A stretch of DNA of 43,240 nt, taken from NCBI GenBank assembly GCA_052390515.1, contig JBQTGV010000056.1:1-43240 (forward strand), in the 5' to 3' direction. Position 1 is the stretch's first letter. Each line of letters opens with the position of its first letter. Of this stretch, positions 19,510 through 28,912 are shown piece by piece. This DNA comes from Candidatus Eiseniibacteriota bacterium. GTDB taxonomy: Bacteria; ARS69. The notes under the pieces are model-generated. The model had not been told where the DNA came from and made no database searches. It saw only the letters and a list, made by a program, of their open reading frames with translations. The position numbers were made by a program, and so were the translations under genes.

Positions 19510-22191
19510 ATGCGGTTCCTGCGCCCCTCGGAGCATCTGCTCCCCGCCCGTCGCCTGCTGCCCGTTCTCCGTCCGGTCTTCGCCCTGATCGTCGTCTCGA
19601 GCCTCCTCGGGGCGCTCGGGGTGCCGGTGGCCCGATCCGCCGGGTGGACGGTGGGAAGCACCGGCACGATTCTCAAGTCGACGAATGCCGGGTCCACCTG
19701 GACGCTGACCAACCCCACGACGAACGACCTCCGCGCGTTGTGGATGGCGGACGACAACACCGGCTGGGCGGTCGGATCCACCGGCGCGATCTTCAAGACG
19801 ACGAACTCCGGCACGACCTGGACGGCCCAGACGAGCGGTACGAGCGCAGTCCTGAACGGCGTCCACTTCGCCAGCAGCACGATCGGCTGGGCGGTGGGCA
19901 CGACCGGGACGATCCTCAAGACGACGAACGGCGGCACGAGCTGGGTCCTCCAGACGAGCGGCTCCGGCGCCATCCTGAACGGCGTCTTCTTCGTCGACAC
20001 GAACACGGGCTGGGCGGTGGGGTCGTCCGGCACCATCCTCAAGACGACGAACGGCGGCACGAGCTGGACCGGGACCTTCCCGACCACGGCGACGCTCAAC
20101 TCCGTGCACTTCGTCAGCAGCACCACCGGCTGGGCGGTGGGCACGAGCGGGACGATCCTCAAGACGACGAACGGCGGCACGAGCTGGACGAGCACGTTCC
20201 CGACCACCGCGACGCTGACCTCGGTGCACTTCGTCAGCAGCACGGCCGGCTGGGCGGTCGGCGGCTCGGGCACGATCCTCAAGACCACGAACACGGGATC
20301 CAGCTGGAGCCTGATGAACCCCTCCACCGCCGAGTTCAAGTCGGTCCGCTTCGTCAACTCCACGACGGGCTGGGCCGTCGGAACGGGCGGCTCCATCTTC
20401 AAGACCACGGACACCGGCGCGACCTGGACCGGCACCTTCCCGAGCACGGCCACGCTCTACGGGGTCTTCTTCGTCAGCATTCCCGTCAACATCTCGGTCA
20501 CCGTCAACACGAGCCCTACCGGCCGCTCCTTCACCGTGGACGGGACGACCTACACGACGGCGCAGACGTTCAGCTGGGTCTCCGGCTCGTCGCACACCAT
20601 CGCGACGACGTCCCCGCAGGCGGGCGCGGCGGGCACGCAGTACGTCTGGACGAGCTGGAGCGACGGCGGCGCCCTCTCGCACACCGTGGCCCCCACCGCG
20701 GCGACGACGTTCACCGCGAACTTCAAGACCCAGTACATGCTGACAATGAACACCGGCGCGGGCGGGACAGTGAGTCCCACCAGCGGCTTCCGGGACGCCG
20801 CCACGGTCGTGTCCGTGGCCGCGACGCCGAACGCCGGCTTCGTCTTCTCCAGCTGGAGCGGAAGCGGCTCGGGGTCGTACTCGGGGTCGAACAATCCGGC
20901 CTCCGTCACCATGAACGCGCCCACCACCGAGACGGCGAGCTTCACGGCGACCGTCGCCGTGACCGTGGGGACCTCGCCCGCGGGGCGCTCCTTCACCGTC
21001 GACGGAACGGGCTATACGTCGGCGCAGGCGTTCACCTGGGTCTCGGGCTCGTCGCACACCATCGCGACGACCTCGCCGCAGGCGGGGGCCGCCGGCACGC
21101 AGTACGTCTGGACCGGCTGGAGCGACGGCGGAGCGATCTCCCACACGGTGGCGCCGACGTCCGCCGTCACGTACACGGCGAGCTTCAAGACCCAGCACAT
21201 GCTGACCATGAGCGCGGGTGCGGGCGGGGTCGTGAGCCCGTCCACGGGGTACCGCGATGCCGGAGCAGTCGTGGCGATCACCGCGACGCCGAACGCGGGG
21301 TTCGGCTTCGGCGGCTGGACCGGGACCGGGTCGGGCTCGTACACCGGCGCGAACAACCCTGCGTCGGTCACGATGAACGCACCCCTCACGGAGAGCGCGG
21401 CGTTCGTCGCCGGCGCGGCGGTGACGGTCGGCACGCAGCCCGGCGGCCTGACGTTCACCGTGGACGGGACGCTCTACTCATCCACCCAGGTGTTCAGCTG
21501 GACGCCGGGATCCGTCCACACGATCGAGACGACTTCGCCGCAGGCCGGCACCACGGGGACGCAGTACGTGTGGACGGACTGGAGTGACGGCGGCGCGATC
21601 TCGCACACCGTCGCTCCGACCGGCGCGGCCACGTACACGGCGAACTTCAAGACGCAACACTGGCTGACCATGACGAGCGGACACGGGGGCTGGGTGACGC
21701 CGGCCAGTTCGTGGCACGATGCCGGCGCGGTCGTGCAGATCGACGCGACGCCCGACCCGGGCTGGGTGTTCGACGCGTGGACGGGTACCGGCTCGGGCTC
21801 CTACAGCGGTACCTCCAACCCCACGATGCTGACCATGGACGCACCGGTCGAGCAGAGCGCGGCGTTCGTGACCGACGTGACCGGCTCGGCGTATGACCTC
21901 TCGTCGATTCCCGTCGATCTCGTCCTCGGTCATGGACAGCCCAACCCTGTGGAGCGGTGGACCTCGATCCGCTTCGGCCTGCCGCGTCCCGGCCACGCCG
22001 TGCTGCGCGTGCTCGATGTCCGAGGCCGCGTCGTGGCCACGATCGAGGACGGTACGCTTCCGGCAGGCGTGCACACCCGTCGCTGGGAGGCACGTGGCCA
22101 CTCCGGCGGGACGCTGTCGAGCGGCGTATACTTCGTCCGCCTGGAGCACGACGGGGAAGTCCGGACGAGGCGGCTGCTGGTGATCCGCTAG
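19510..22191 (+). CDS. Secreted Thr/Ser/Gly-rich protein: YCF48/BNR-type beta-propeller, three 154-aa InlB B-repeat-like modules, FlgD-Ig/T9SS-like CTD
   Basis: GGAGG SD and a signal peptide. Seven GWAVG..GTILKTTNGG.SW repeats, three modules containing ATP..G..F..W.G, and C-terminus PNP..GVYFVRL..RRLLVIR. Confidence 0.9.
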   Translation: MRFLRPSEHLLPARRLLPVLRPVFALIVVSSLLGALGVPVARSAGWTVGSTGTILKSTNAGSTWTLTNPTTNDLRALWMADDNTGWAVGSTGAIFKTTNSGTTWTAQTSGTSAVLNGVHFASSTIGWAVGTTGTILKTTNGGTSWVLQTSGSGAILNGVFFVDTNTGWAVGSSGTILKTTNGGTSWTGTFPTTATLNSVHFVSSTTGWAVGTSGTILKTTNGGTSWTSTFPTTATLTSVHFVSSTAGWAVGGSGTILKTTNTGSSWSLMNPSTAEFKSVRFVNSTTGWAVGTGGSIFKTTDTGATWTGTFPSTATLYGVFFVSIPVNISVTVNTSPTGRSFTVDGTTYTTAQTFSWVSGSSHTIATTSPQAGAAGTQYVWTSWSDGGALSHTVAPTAATTFTANFKTQYMLTMNTGAGGTVSPTSGFRDAATVVSVAATPNAGFVFSSWSGSGSGSYSGSNNPASVTMNAPTTETASFTATVAVTVGTSPAGRSFTVDGTGYTSAQAFTWVSGSSHTIATTSPQAGAAGTQYVWTGWSDGGAISHTVAPTSAVTYTASFKTQHMLTMSAGAGGVVSPSTGYRDAGAVVAITATPNAGFGFGGWTGTGSGSYTGANNPASVTMNAPLTESAAFVAGAAVTVGTQPGGLTFTVDGTLYSSTQVFSWTPGSVHTIETTSPQAGTTGTQYVWTDWSDGGAISHTVAPTGAATYTANFKTQHWLTMTSGHGGWVTPASSWHDAGAVVQIDATPDPGWVFDAWTGTGSGSYSGTSNPTMLTMDAPVEQSAAFVTDVTGSAYDLSSIPVDLVLGHGQPNPVERWTSIRFGLPRPGHAVLRVLDVRGRVVATIEDGTLPAGVHTRRWEARGHSGGTLSSGVYFVRLEHDGEVRTRRLLVIR
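19642..20480 (+). repeat. Intragenic tandem repeat, 7 units of 120-123 bp
   Basis: Units begin at 19642, 19762, 19885, 20008, 20128, 20248 and 20368 (GG(C/G)TGG(G/A)C.GT.GG). Confidence 0.88.
20497..21870 (+). repeat. Intragenic tandem repeat, 3 units of 462 bp
   Basis: VTV.T.P.G..FTVDG units start at 20497, 20959 and 21421. Confidence 0.85.
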
Positions 22192-22213
22192 ACGCCGCGC
22201 CGGGATGCTCGCC

Positions 22214-22243
22214 TTGACGAGTCGCGCGGGGCTACCGTACGCT
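22214..22243 (+). promoter_or_regulatory. Possible sigma70-type promoter for the asnB operon
   Basis: TTGACG (22214-22219), an 18-nt spacer, then TACGCT (22238-22243). Confidence 0.35.
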
Positions 22244-22289
22244 CGGTGCTTCCCCCGAGTCCGGAATCCGGGCGAAAGGGCTCCCGCCC

Positions 22290-24161
22290 ATGTGTGGAAT
22301 CTGCGGCCAGTACCGCTTCGCGTCCGGCGAACCGGTCGACGAGCGCGTACTGGACCGCATGACCGACGCGATGACCCACCGCGGCCCGGACGATCGCGGG
22401 CTGTACCTGAGCGGCTCGCTCGGGCTCGGATTCCGGCGGCTCTCCATCATCGATCTCGCCGGGGGTCACCAGCCCATGACCGACCCGGACCGGAAGGTCT
22501 GGGTCATGCTCAACGGGGAGATCTATAACTTCCCTGAGCTGCGCCGGGAGCTGGAGGGAGCGGGCTACCGGTTCCGCACCTCCTCCGACACCGAGGTCAT
22601 CGTCCACGGGTACTGTCGCTGGGGCCCCGACGTACTGGACCGTTTGAACGGCATGTTCGGCGTGGCGATCTGGGACGAGGAACGGAAGCGCCTCGTCGTG
22701 GCTCGCGACCCGGCGGGCATCAAGCTCATCTACTACCGTCTGGACGCGCGCGGTCTCGAGTTCGCCTCGGAGGTCCGCGCTTTGCTCGCCGCCGAGCCGG
22801 CCGCGAAAGTGCGTCCGGACCCGACCGCGCTGAACCTGTTCCTGCGCTACCGCTACACGCCCTCTCCGCTCACGATGTTCGAGGGAATCCGCAAGCTCGC
22901 GCCGGGCACGCGCGTGATCGTGGAGGACGGGAAGGCGAGAGTCGAACGCTGGTGGAACTTCCGCCCCGAGCCCTTCGATCCGGCGCCGTCCGTCGCCGAG
23001 GCCGAGGACGCCGTCCACGAGCTGTACCGCGCCGCGGTGAAGCGGAACCTGCTCAGCGACGTACCGCTCGGACTCCTGCTGAGCGGCGGTCTCGACTCCG
23101 GCCTGCTCCTCGCGCTGATGAACCGCGAAGGCGCCTCGTGGCGGACGTTCACGGTCGGGTACGGCGACAGCTTCGCCGGGGACGAGCTGGAAGAGGCCGG
23201 CCGGACCGCCCAGATCCTCGGCAGCAGGCACGCGTCGGTTCGCCTCAGCCAGAACGACTTCGAGCAAGCGCTCTCCGGGATCGTGCGCGTGCTCGAGGAG
23301 CCCATCGCGTCGTCGTCCGTCGTGCCCATGTATCAGGTCTGCCAGCGCGCGCGGCAGGACGTGAAGGTCGCGCTCGTGGGGCAGGGTCCGGACGAGTTGT
23401 TCGGCGGCTACAAGAGGCACGTCGGGGTCCGTTACGGGAGCTGGTGGCGCCGCGTGCCGAAGGCGGCGCGCGCTCCGCTCAAGGCCGCGCTCTTCGCGCT
23501 GCCCCGGAACGAGTCGGTGAAGCGAGCGCTCTATTCGCTGGACGTGCCCGATCGCCTTCGCCGGTACCAGCAGGTGTTCTCGTTGATGGACGGTCCGCAA
23601 GTCGACGGCCTGTTCCGCGACGGGCTGCTCCCGGACGGCGCGGGCGACCGCATCCTGGACTGCTGGAGGGAGTGCACCCACCTCATGAACGGGGTGGGAG
23701 AGCTCGGCGGGCTCCAGTTCCTGGAGATCCGCTCGACCCTGCCGGACGAGCTGCTCATGTACGGCGACAAGCTCTCGATGGCTCACAGCCTGGAGGTGCG
23801 CGTGCCGTACCTGGACCGCGAGGTGATCGAGTACGTGGAGCGGCTGCCCGACTCCTACAAGGTGCGGTTCGGCCGCACGAAGTGGCTGCACCGCAGGGTC
23901 TGCCGGAAGCACCTGCCTCCGGAGGTCCTGGCGCGGAAGAAGAAGGGATTCGCCGCGAACGTGGTGGATGATTGGTTCCGCGCGTCGTTGGCGGGCCGGC
24001 TGGAGCGGGACCTGAGCGCCGCGGACTCCCCCATCTACGAGTACCTGCGGCGCGAGCCGGTGCAGCGCTTGCTTCAGGAGCACCGGTCCGGACGCCACGA
24101 CCACCACAAGATCCTCTTCAGCCTCGTCGTCTTCGGACAGTGGCTGGAGGTCTACGCCTAG
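22290..24161 (+). CDS. asnB: Asparagine synthase (glutamine-hydrolysing) family amidotransferase
   Basis: N-terminal MCGICG; motifs HRGPDD, RRLSIIDL, NGEIYN, SDTEV, LSGGLDS and SLEVRVPYLD. Confidence 0.95.
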   Translation: MCGICGQYRFASGEPVDERVLDRMTDAMTHRGPDDRGLYLSGSLGLGFRRLSIIDLAGGHQPMTDPDRKVWVMLNGEIYNFPELRRELEGAGYRFRTSSDTEVIVHGYCRWGPDVLDRLNGMFGVAIWDEERKRLVVARDPAGIKLIYYRLDARGLEFASEVRALLAAEPAAKVRPDPTALNLFLRYRYTPSPLTMFEGIRKLAPGTRVIVEDGKARVERWWNFRPEPFDPAPSVAEAEDAVHELYRAAVKRNLLSDVPLGLLLSGGLDSGLLLALMNREGASWRTFTVGYGDSFAGDELEEAGRTAQILGSRHASVRLSQNDFEQALSGIVRVLEEPIASSSVVPMYQVCQRARQDVKVALVGQGPDELFGGYKRHVGVRYGSWWRRVPKAARAPLKAALFALPRNESVKRALYSLDVPDRLRRYQQVFSLMDGPQVDGLFRDGLLPDGAGDRILDCWRECTHLMNGVGELGGLQFLEIRSTLPDELLMYGDKLSMAHSLEVRVPYLDREVIEYVERLPDSYKVRFGRTKWLHRRVCRKHLPPEVLARKKKGFAANVVDDWFRASLAGRLERDLSAADSPIYEYLRREPVQRLLQEHRSGRHDHHKILFSLVVFGQWLEVYA

Positions 24162-24171
24162 TGCGGGTCCG

Positions 24172-25146
24172 ATGAGAGTGCTTCACGTCACGGCGGTGTA
24201 CCCTTCCCCGGAGAACCCGGAAAGGGGCTCGCTCGTCAGGGCACAGATCGATTCGTTGCGAGCGGCCGGAGTCGATCTCGAAGTCTGCGTGCTGCGCGGG
24301 CCCGGGTGGAGGAAATACCTCGGCGTCTCGCAGGTCAGAGAGGCGCTGCGCGGCGGGCGCTTCGATCTCGTGCACGCTCACTACGCGTACACCGCGTGGA
24401 CCGCGCGTTTCGCCACGAACCTGCCGCTCGTCGTCTCGTACATGGGCAACGACATAGCCGGCAAGATCGACCCGGGGTTCCGCGGCGCCCGGGTCAGCCG
24501 CTTCCTGCACGTGCTCGGAGCGAACGCGCTGGCCGCCGTCTCCGCGTTCAGCATCGCGAAGTCCACCGGGCTGGCGGATCCGATTCGCATCGGCCGCAAG
24601 GCTGTCATCCCCAACGGCGTGGACTTCTCGCGCTTCCGGCCGATGGCCGTCGACCGCGCCTCGCTCGGCCTCGAGGAGGGGACGCGCTACGTGCTCTTCG
24701 CGGGACGCGCGTCCGACGAGCGAAAGCGCCATGCGCTCGCCCTGCAGGCCGTCGAGCTCGCGCGGGCGAGCGTGCCGGCGCTCCGGCCGATGTCCATCGA
24801 GAAGCGCTCGCACGACGACGTGGCGAAGTTCCTGAATGCCGCGGACTGTCTCCTGCTCGCGTCGCGTTTCGAGGGATCTCCGAACATCGTGAAGGAGGCG
24901 CTGGCCTGCAACACACCCATCGTCGCCACGGACGTGGGCGACGTGCGCGAGCGGACGCGGGGGGTGATCAACTGTCGCGTGGTCCCCGATGACCCGCGCG
25001 AGATGGCGGGCGCGCTCGTGGAGGTACTGCGGGATGGCCGGCGCGCCGAGAACGGCCGCGAGAGCGTGCGACCGCTCGATTCCGCGGCCGTCGCGGAGCG
25101 GATCATCGGCGTGTACCGTACGGTGCTGAGCCGAGGTCGTGGATGA
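24172..25146 (+). CDS. Glycosyltransferase family 4 (GT-B)
   Basis: Motifs DLVHAHY, VIPNGVD and SRFEGSPNIVKEALACNTPIVATDVG (EX7E). Confidence 0.92.
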   Translation: MRVLHVTAVYPSPENPERGSLVRAQIDSLRAAGVDLEVCVLRGPGWRKYLGVSQVREALRGGRFDLVHAHYAYTAWTARFATNLPLVVSYMGNDIAGKIDPGFRGARVSRFLHVLGANALAAVSAFSIAKSTGLADPIRIGRKAVIPNGVDFSRFRPMAVDRASLGLEEGTRYVLFAGRASDERKRHALALQAVELARASVPALRPMSIEKRSHDDVAKFLNAADCLLLASRFEGSPNIVKEALACNTPIVATDVGDVRERTRGVINCRVVPDDPREMAGALVEVLRDGRRAENGRESVRPLDSAAVAERIIGVYRTVLSRGRG

Positions 25147-26249
25147 CTGTCGTGCGCGCTGCGGCCGTGGTGCTGGTCCTTCTCGGCGTGGCGATTGGCG
25201 AGCTGGCGGGATGTGGCGCGCAGGCGCCGCCGCCGTTCACGATGGAGGGGATGGGACCACCCAAGGTCGACTGCGTGGCCGCCGCCGTGCCGCTCTGCCG
25301 GGCCGACCCCGTCGTCGCCGCGACCGCGCAGGGGCGCCGCGAGGTGGAGGCGTACCGCTCCGCTTCCGAGCAGGGCGGCCTGTGGCAGGGAACGGGCGCC
25401 GTCGCGCTGGCGGGCCAGCTCGCCGGGCTCGCGCCGGAGTGGGAGCGGCTCGAGCAGGACCTGATCCAGGCCTGCCGGAAGGCGGTGCAATGCCGGTGCG
25501 AGGGGGAAGACTGCACCGAGGAGGAGGCGACCGTGTCGGGGCTCCAGGCCCGGCTGCCCGATCTCTTCGACCGGTTCCTGCGCTGGCAGATGGAGCTCGC
25601 CGACTCCAGACCGAGCCTCGTGCTGCGGCCCGCGCTGCCCCCGTCGGACAGCCTGGAGACAGAGCTCGGATACCGGATCAGCTCGTACGACTACGACGTC
25701 GATCTGCGGAGCGGCGGCGGCGCGGGAACCTCGCCGTCGGTGACGCACCGGATCCGGCTCGTGCGGACGGCGGCCACCGCGGACACGCTGCGGCTACGGA
25801 TGAGCACGACGGGGTCGGAGATCACGCTGTCGTCGACGACGCACGAGTGCATCATCGAGCCCGCGGCCGTTCCGGACTTCCACTACCAGGGCATGGTCGT
25901 GCGCAAGCGAATAGCCAAGGTGCCCATCCGGGCGCACGACATCGGGGACGAGTTCGACATCGAGCTCGCCGCCACGCACCGGGACGCGTTCCCGGGGCGG
26001 AGCTGGGAGTGGTTCTCCGTTCCCGGTGCCTCGGGCGGCCTGGTGAGGGTGTCGCTACGGTTCCCCGAGACGCGTCCCGGACGGAACCCGAGGTTCTTCG
26101 AGTCCCTCGAGGGGGGCGTCCCCGCGCCCGTCCGCCTCGTGATGGGGGAGAGGTCGCGCTTCACCTCCAGTCCGGACAGCCTGGCGTGGCGGTGGACGCT
26201 GCAGGACCCCGAAGCGGCCTTGAACTACGAGATCCGCTGGGACTGGTAG
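25143..26249 (+). CDS. Hypothetical lipoprotein with a Cys-rich N-terminal part
   Basis: ATGA overlap with the GT4 stop; lipobox LAG-C; GC3-rich codons. Confidence 0.72.
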   Translation: MTVVRAAAVVLVLLGVAIGELAGCGAQAPPPFTMEGMGPPKVDCVAAAVPLCRADPVVAATAQGRREVEAYRSASEQGGLWQGTGAVALAGQLAGLAPEWERLEQDLIQACRKAVQCRCEGEDCTEEEATVSGLQARLPDLFDRFLRWQMELADSRPSLVLRPALPPSDSLETELGYRISSYDYDVDLRSGGGAGTSPSVTHRIRLVRTAATADTLRLRMSTTGSEITLSSTTHECIIEPAAVPDFHYQGMVVRKRIAKVPIRAHDIGDEFDIELAATHRDAFPGRSWEWFSVPGASGGLVRVSLRFPETRPGRNPRFFESLEGGVPAPVRLVMGERSRFTSSPDSLAWRWTLQDPEAALNYEIRWDW

Positions 26250-26400
26250 CCGGGCGAGTCTCGTCGGTGCGCGCCTCGGCCCGGTGGGGAGACCCTCGCG
26301 GCCTGGGCGGCGGCCGCTCGAAACGCATTGCCCGCCGCGACCTCCGTTCGAACCGGAAGGAACGCGGCGGGCGGGTTCTGCGTAAGCGCACCTTCGCGCG

Positions 26401-27735
26401 TTACTTGAGGACCACCATCTGCTTCGTGTGCACCTGGTTCGGGGTCGAGAGGCGATAGAAGTACACGCCGCTCGCCATGGTTCCGGCCTTGAAGTCCCGC
26501 GCGTGCATGCCCGCGGGGAGATCCTCGTCGATCACCGTCCCGACCTTGCGGCCGGCCAGATCGTAGATCACGAGGCTCACCGGGCCCGCCTCGACGGTGC
26601 GGAACGAGATCTGGGTGAGCGGATGGAACGGATTGGGTGCATTCTGGAAGAGCGCCGTCCGCTCGATGTCGACGAGATCGGTCTCGACGCCGGTCGTCGT
26701 CTGACCGGAGTAGCGCAGGACCGCCCCGTTGAGCCCGACCATGTAACCCACGTCCGGGCTGGTGAAGGTGATGTCCATCACCGACAGGTTGTTCGGCGTG
26801 GGCAAGGACGTCCACGTATGTCCCGCGTCCACGGTGTAGAGGTAGGCGCGGGCGTAGCCCAGCGTGGCCCACCCTTCGACGTCGCTGCGGAACGCAACCG
26901 CGTTCGCCTGGCCCCAGGTCCTGAGATCCGTGTAGTTCCACACGTCGCTCGCTACGTCCGACGTACGTACCGTGTGACAGCCGTAATCCAGATCGCCGCC
27001 GACGACGAGGATGTCGTCGGGAGCGAACACGTGGCTCGCCCAGACCGGCTCGCCGGCGACGCGCGTGTGGGTCCATGTCTGGCCGCCGTCCTGCGAGCTC
27101 CAGATGATCCCCGTCCAGTCGTACTGGCCGCCCATGGCCAGGACGAACGTCGGCGAGTGGAACTTCACTTCGTGGATGCCCACGACCGCCGTCTCTTGGG
27201 ACGCGATCTGGGCGCTGCTCCAAGTAGCGCCGCCGTCATCGGTGACGAGGATCTGGCCGAGGTCGCCGACCAGGCAGCCGCGGCGCGCACTGGCGAAGTC
27301 CACCGCGTGGTAGATCTGGTCGAAGGTGGTCTGCACGAACCACTGGGCGCCGCCGTTCGTGGTCTTGATGACCGTCGTGCGGTTACCCCAGGGGAGGCCG
27401 CTGACTTCCTGGGCGAGGGCCCAGCCGGCTCCGTTCGGGAGAACGCAGATGTCCACCAGATCGAAGGCGACCGGCGATTGCTGGACCGTCCAGCTCTCGG
27501 CGCCGTCCGCGGTCGCGATGATCGTGCCCGCGTTACCGACCGCCCAGCCGTGGAGGTCGTCGGTGAAGGAGAGCTTGAGCAGGTTCTTGTTCGTCGGGGG
27601 CTCGAGAACGGTCCAGGAGTCCTCCGCGCGGAGAGGACCAGCCGCGCCCACCCCGAGCGCGAGCAGCGCGAAGCCGGCGAGGATGACGCGGCGCGAGCCG
27701 TGACGAGAAGGCGCGACCTTCGAGGCGAGGTTCAT
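26401..27735 (-). CDS. Secreted YCF48/BNR-repeat beta-propeller protein with T9SS type A-like CTD
   Basis: Start MNLASK at 27735 after GGGGGAA; signal peptide. Repeats T.DGG.TW. C-terminus FQNAPNPFHP..IYDLAGRKV..ASGVYFYRL..KQMVVLK. Confidence 0.9.
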   Translation of the reverse strand: MNLASKVAPSRHGSRRVILAGFALLALGVGAAGPLRAEDSWTVLEPPTNKNLLKLSFTDDLHGWAVGNAGTIIATADGAESWTVQQSPVAFDLVDICVLPNGAGWALAQEVSGLPWGNRTTVIKTTNGGAQWFVQTTFDQIYHAVDFASARRGCLVGDLGQILVTDDGGATWSSAQIASQETAVVGIHEVKFHSPTFVLAMGGQYDWTGIIWSSQDGGQTWTHTRVAGEPVWASHVFAPDDILVVGGDLDYGCHTVRTSDVASDVWNYTDLRTWGQANAVAFRSDVEGWATLGYARAYLYTVDAGHTWTSLPTPNNLSVMDITFTSPDVGYMVGLNGAVLRYSGQTTTGVETDLVDIERTALFQNAPNPFHPLTQISFRTVEAGPVSLVIYDLAGRKVGTVIDEDLPAGMHARDFKAGTMASGVYFYRLSTPNQVHTKQMVVLK

Positions 27736-27809
27736 GGGTTCCCCCCAATCGGGACGGTTCGTGGGTCCGTAGCTGCGAGCTGCGGCGACGCCCCCCAGCA
27801 CCGGCACCC

Positions 27810-27839
27810 AAACTAGCACGGTTCCCCCCGCCGCATCAA
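27810..27839 (-). promoter_or_regulatory. Possible sigma70-type promoter for the 27735 gene
   Basis: The minus strand has TTGATG, an 18-nt spacer ending TGC, then TAGTTT (extended -10 TG). Confidence 0.4.
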
Positions 27840-28045
27840 AGCCCTTGAGGAGTTGAGTCCGGCCCGGTGGGCAGGAGCCCGGCGCCGGAGCGCCGGGCCG
27901 GGGCGTTCGGCGGCGAACGCTCGGCGGCCCGAGGTGCGGCGGACAGCGCACTCCTTGACTTCGGTATCCCGGCGCTGTCAGAGTCGATCGGCCGTGGACG
28001 GATGCGCCCTGCCCAGATCCGTCCTTCCTGGCGGAGGAGCCTGTC

Positions 28046-28774
28046 ATGCAGTGGAGCGCCCTGGGGGCCCGATCCGGACTCCTTCTGTCCTTGAGCCCAT
28101 TCCTGGGGCTCTCCGGCTGTATCAACACCGGCTTCAGCACCTACCAACAGTGCGACGGGCTCTCTAATTGCGCAGCCGTGTTCTACACCACCGTAGCGCA
28201 AGGCGTCTACTTGGAGGTGGCGTCGAGCGACGCGAACGGATGCCTCTTCCTTCCTTCGGGCGCCAGTTGCGACTCCATGACCATGTGCGGGCTTACGCCC
28301 AACACAGACTTCTCGATTACTACCGTGTGTTCCGACCCGCTCCTCATCCAATGGCCCGATGCGTGGACGGTGCACGGCGCGACGTGGTCCAACGCGTTCC
28401 CGCCGGCGGCGTCGGGGCTGGTTCTGATCGAGCCAGCCTCGAACTTCGAGCTCGCCGAAGGGTCAGGCCCGATCGTGACCAGCCCGGGCTACTCGGCTTA
28501 CGTCCTGCGGCTCGACATGGACACGTTTACCGAGAACACATTCGCGCTCAGCGTCTCGTTCAATCACGGTGGTCTGCCGACCGCGTGCGTGACCGGCGTG
28601 GAAGTGGCCATGGCGACCGTCGAACCCGGCGGCCTGCGCTACATCGCTCCGCTGGCGGGCGAAAGCCTCGACTTGGCCAGCTATAGTGCGCCCGACGCGC
28701 ACGTCCTCTGTATGCCGAATCCCACGCCGGTCCAACCTTCCGCTTGGGGCTGGATCAAGAGCATGTACCGCTGA
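28046..28774 (+). CDS. Cys-rich secreted or lipo-protein ending in a WGxxK-type tail
   Basis: GGAGGAG SD; hydrophobic N-terminus with LSG-C; 9 Cys; ends PTPVQPSAWGWIKSMYR. Confidence 0.78.
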   Translation: MQWSALGARSGLLLSLSPFLGLSGCINTGFSTYQQCDGLSNCAAVFYTTVAQGVYLEVASSDANGCLFLPSGASCDSMTMCGLTPNTDFSITTVCSDPLLIQWPDAWTVHGATWSNAFPPAASGLVLIEPASNFELAEGSGPIVTSPGYSAYVLRLDMDTFTENTFALSVSFNHGGLPTACVTGVEVAMATVEPGGLRYIAPLAGESLDLASYSAPDAHVLCMPNPTPVQPSAWGWIKSMYR

Positions 28775-28912
28775 TCCGTCGCTGCGGCCGGCCTCCATGG
28801 CGGCCGGGCGAAAAGCCTCAAGGGTGTCGATGCGGCGCTCGATCTTCCGGACTGCCGGCCCCGCGACCGACCCCTCCGCCTCGATCGGGCAGGGCCCGCA
28901 GACAGGCGATCC

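Noticed and set aside
19642-20480. Regularly spaced repeats resembling a CRISPR array
   Set aside because: The 120-123-bp units are in frame, vary at synonymous sites and have no unique spacers. They are protein repeats, and no cas genes are present.
15400-21198. 1932-aa minus-strand ORF, and other long overlapping ORFs (7521..10574, 18900..21587, 29086..31080, 3504..5393)
   Set aside because: These are Arg/Gly/Pro-rich shadow frames of well-supported genes, expected at high GC3, with no recognisable motifs.
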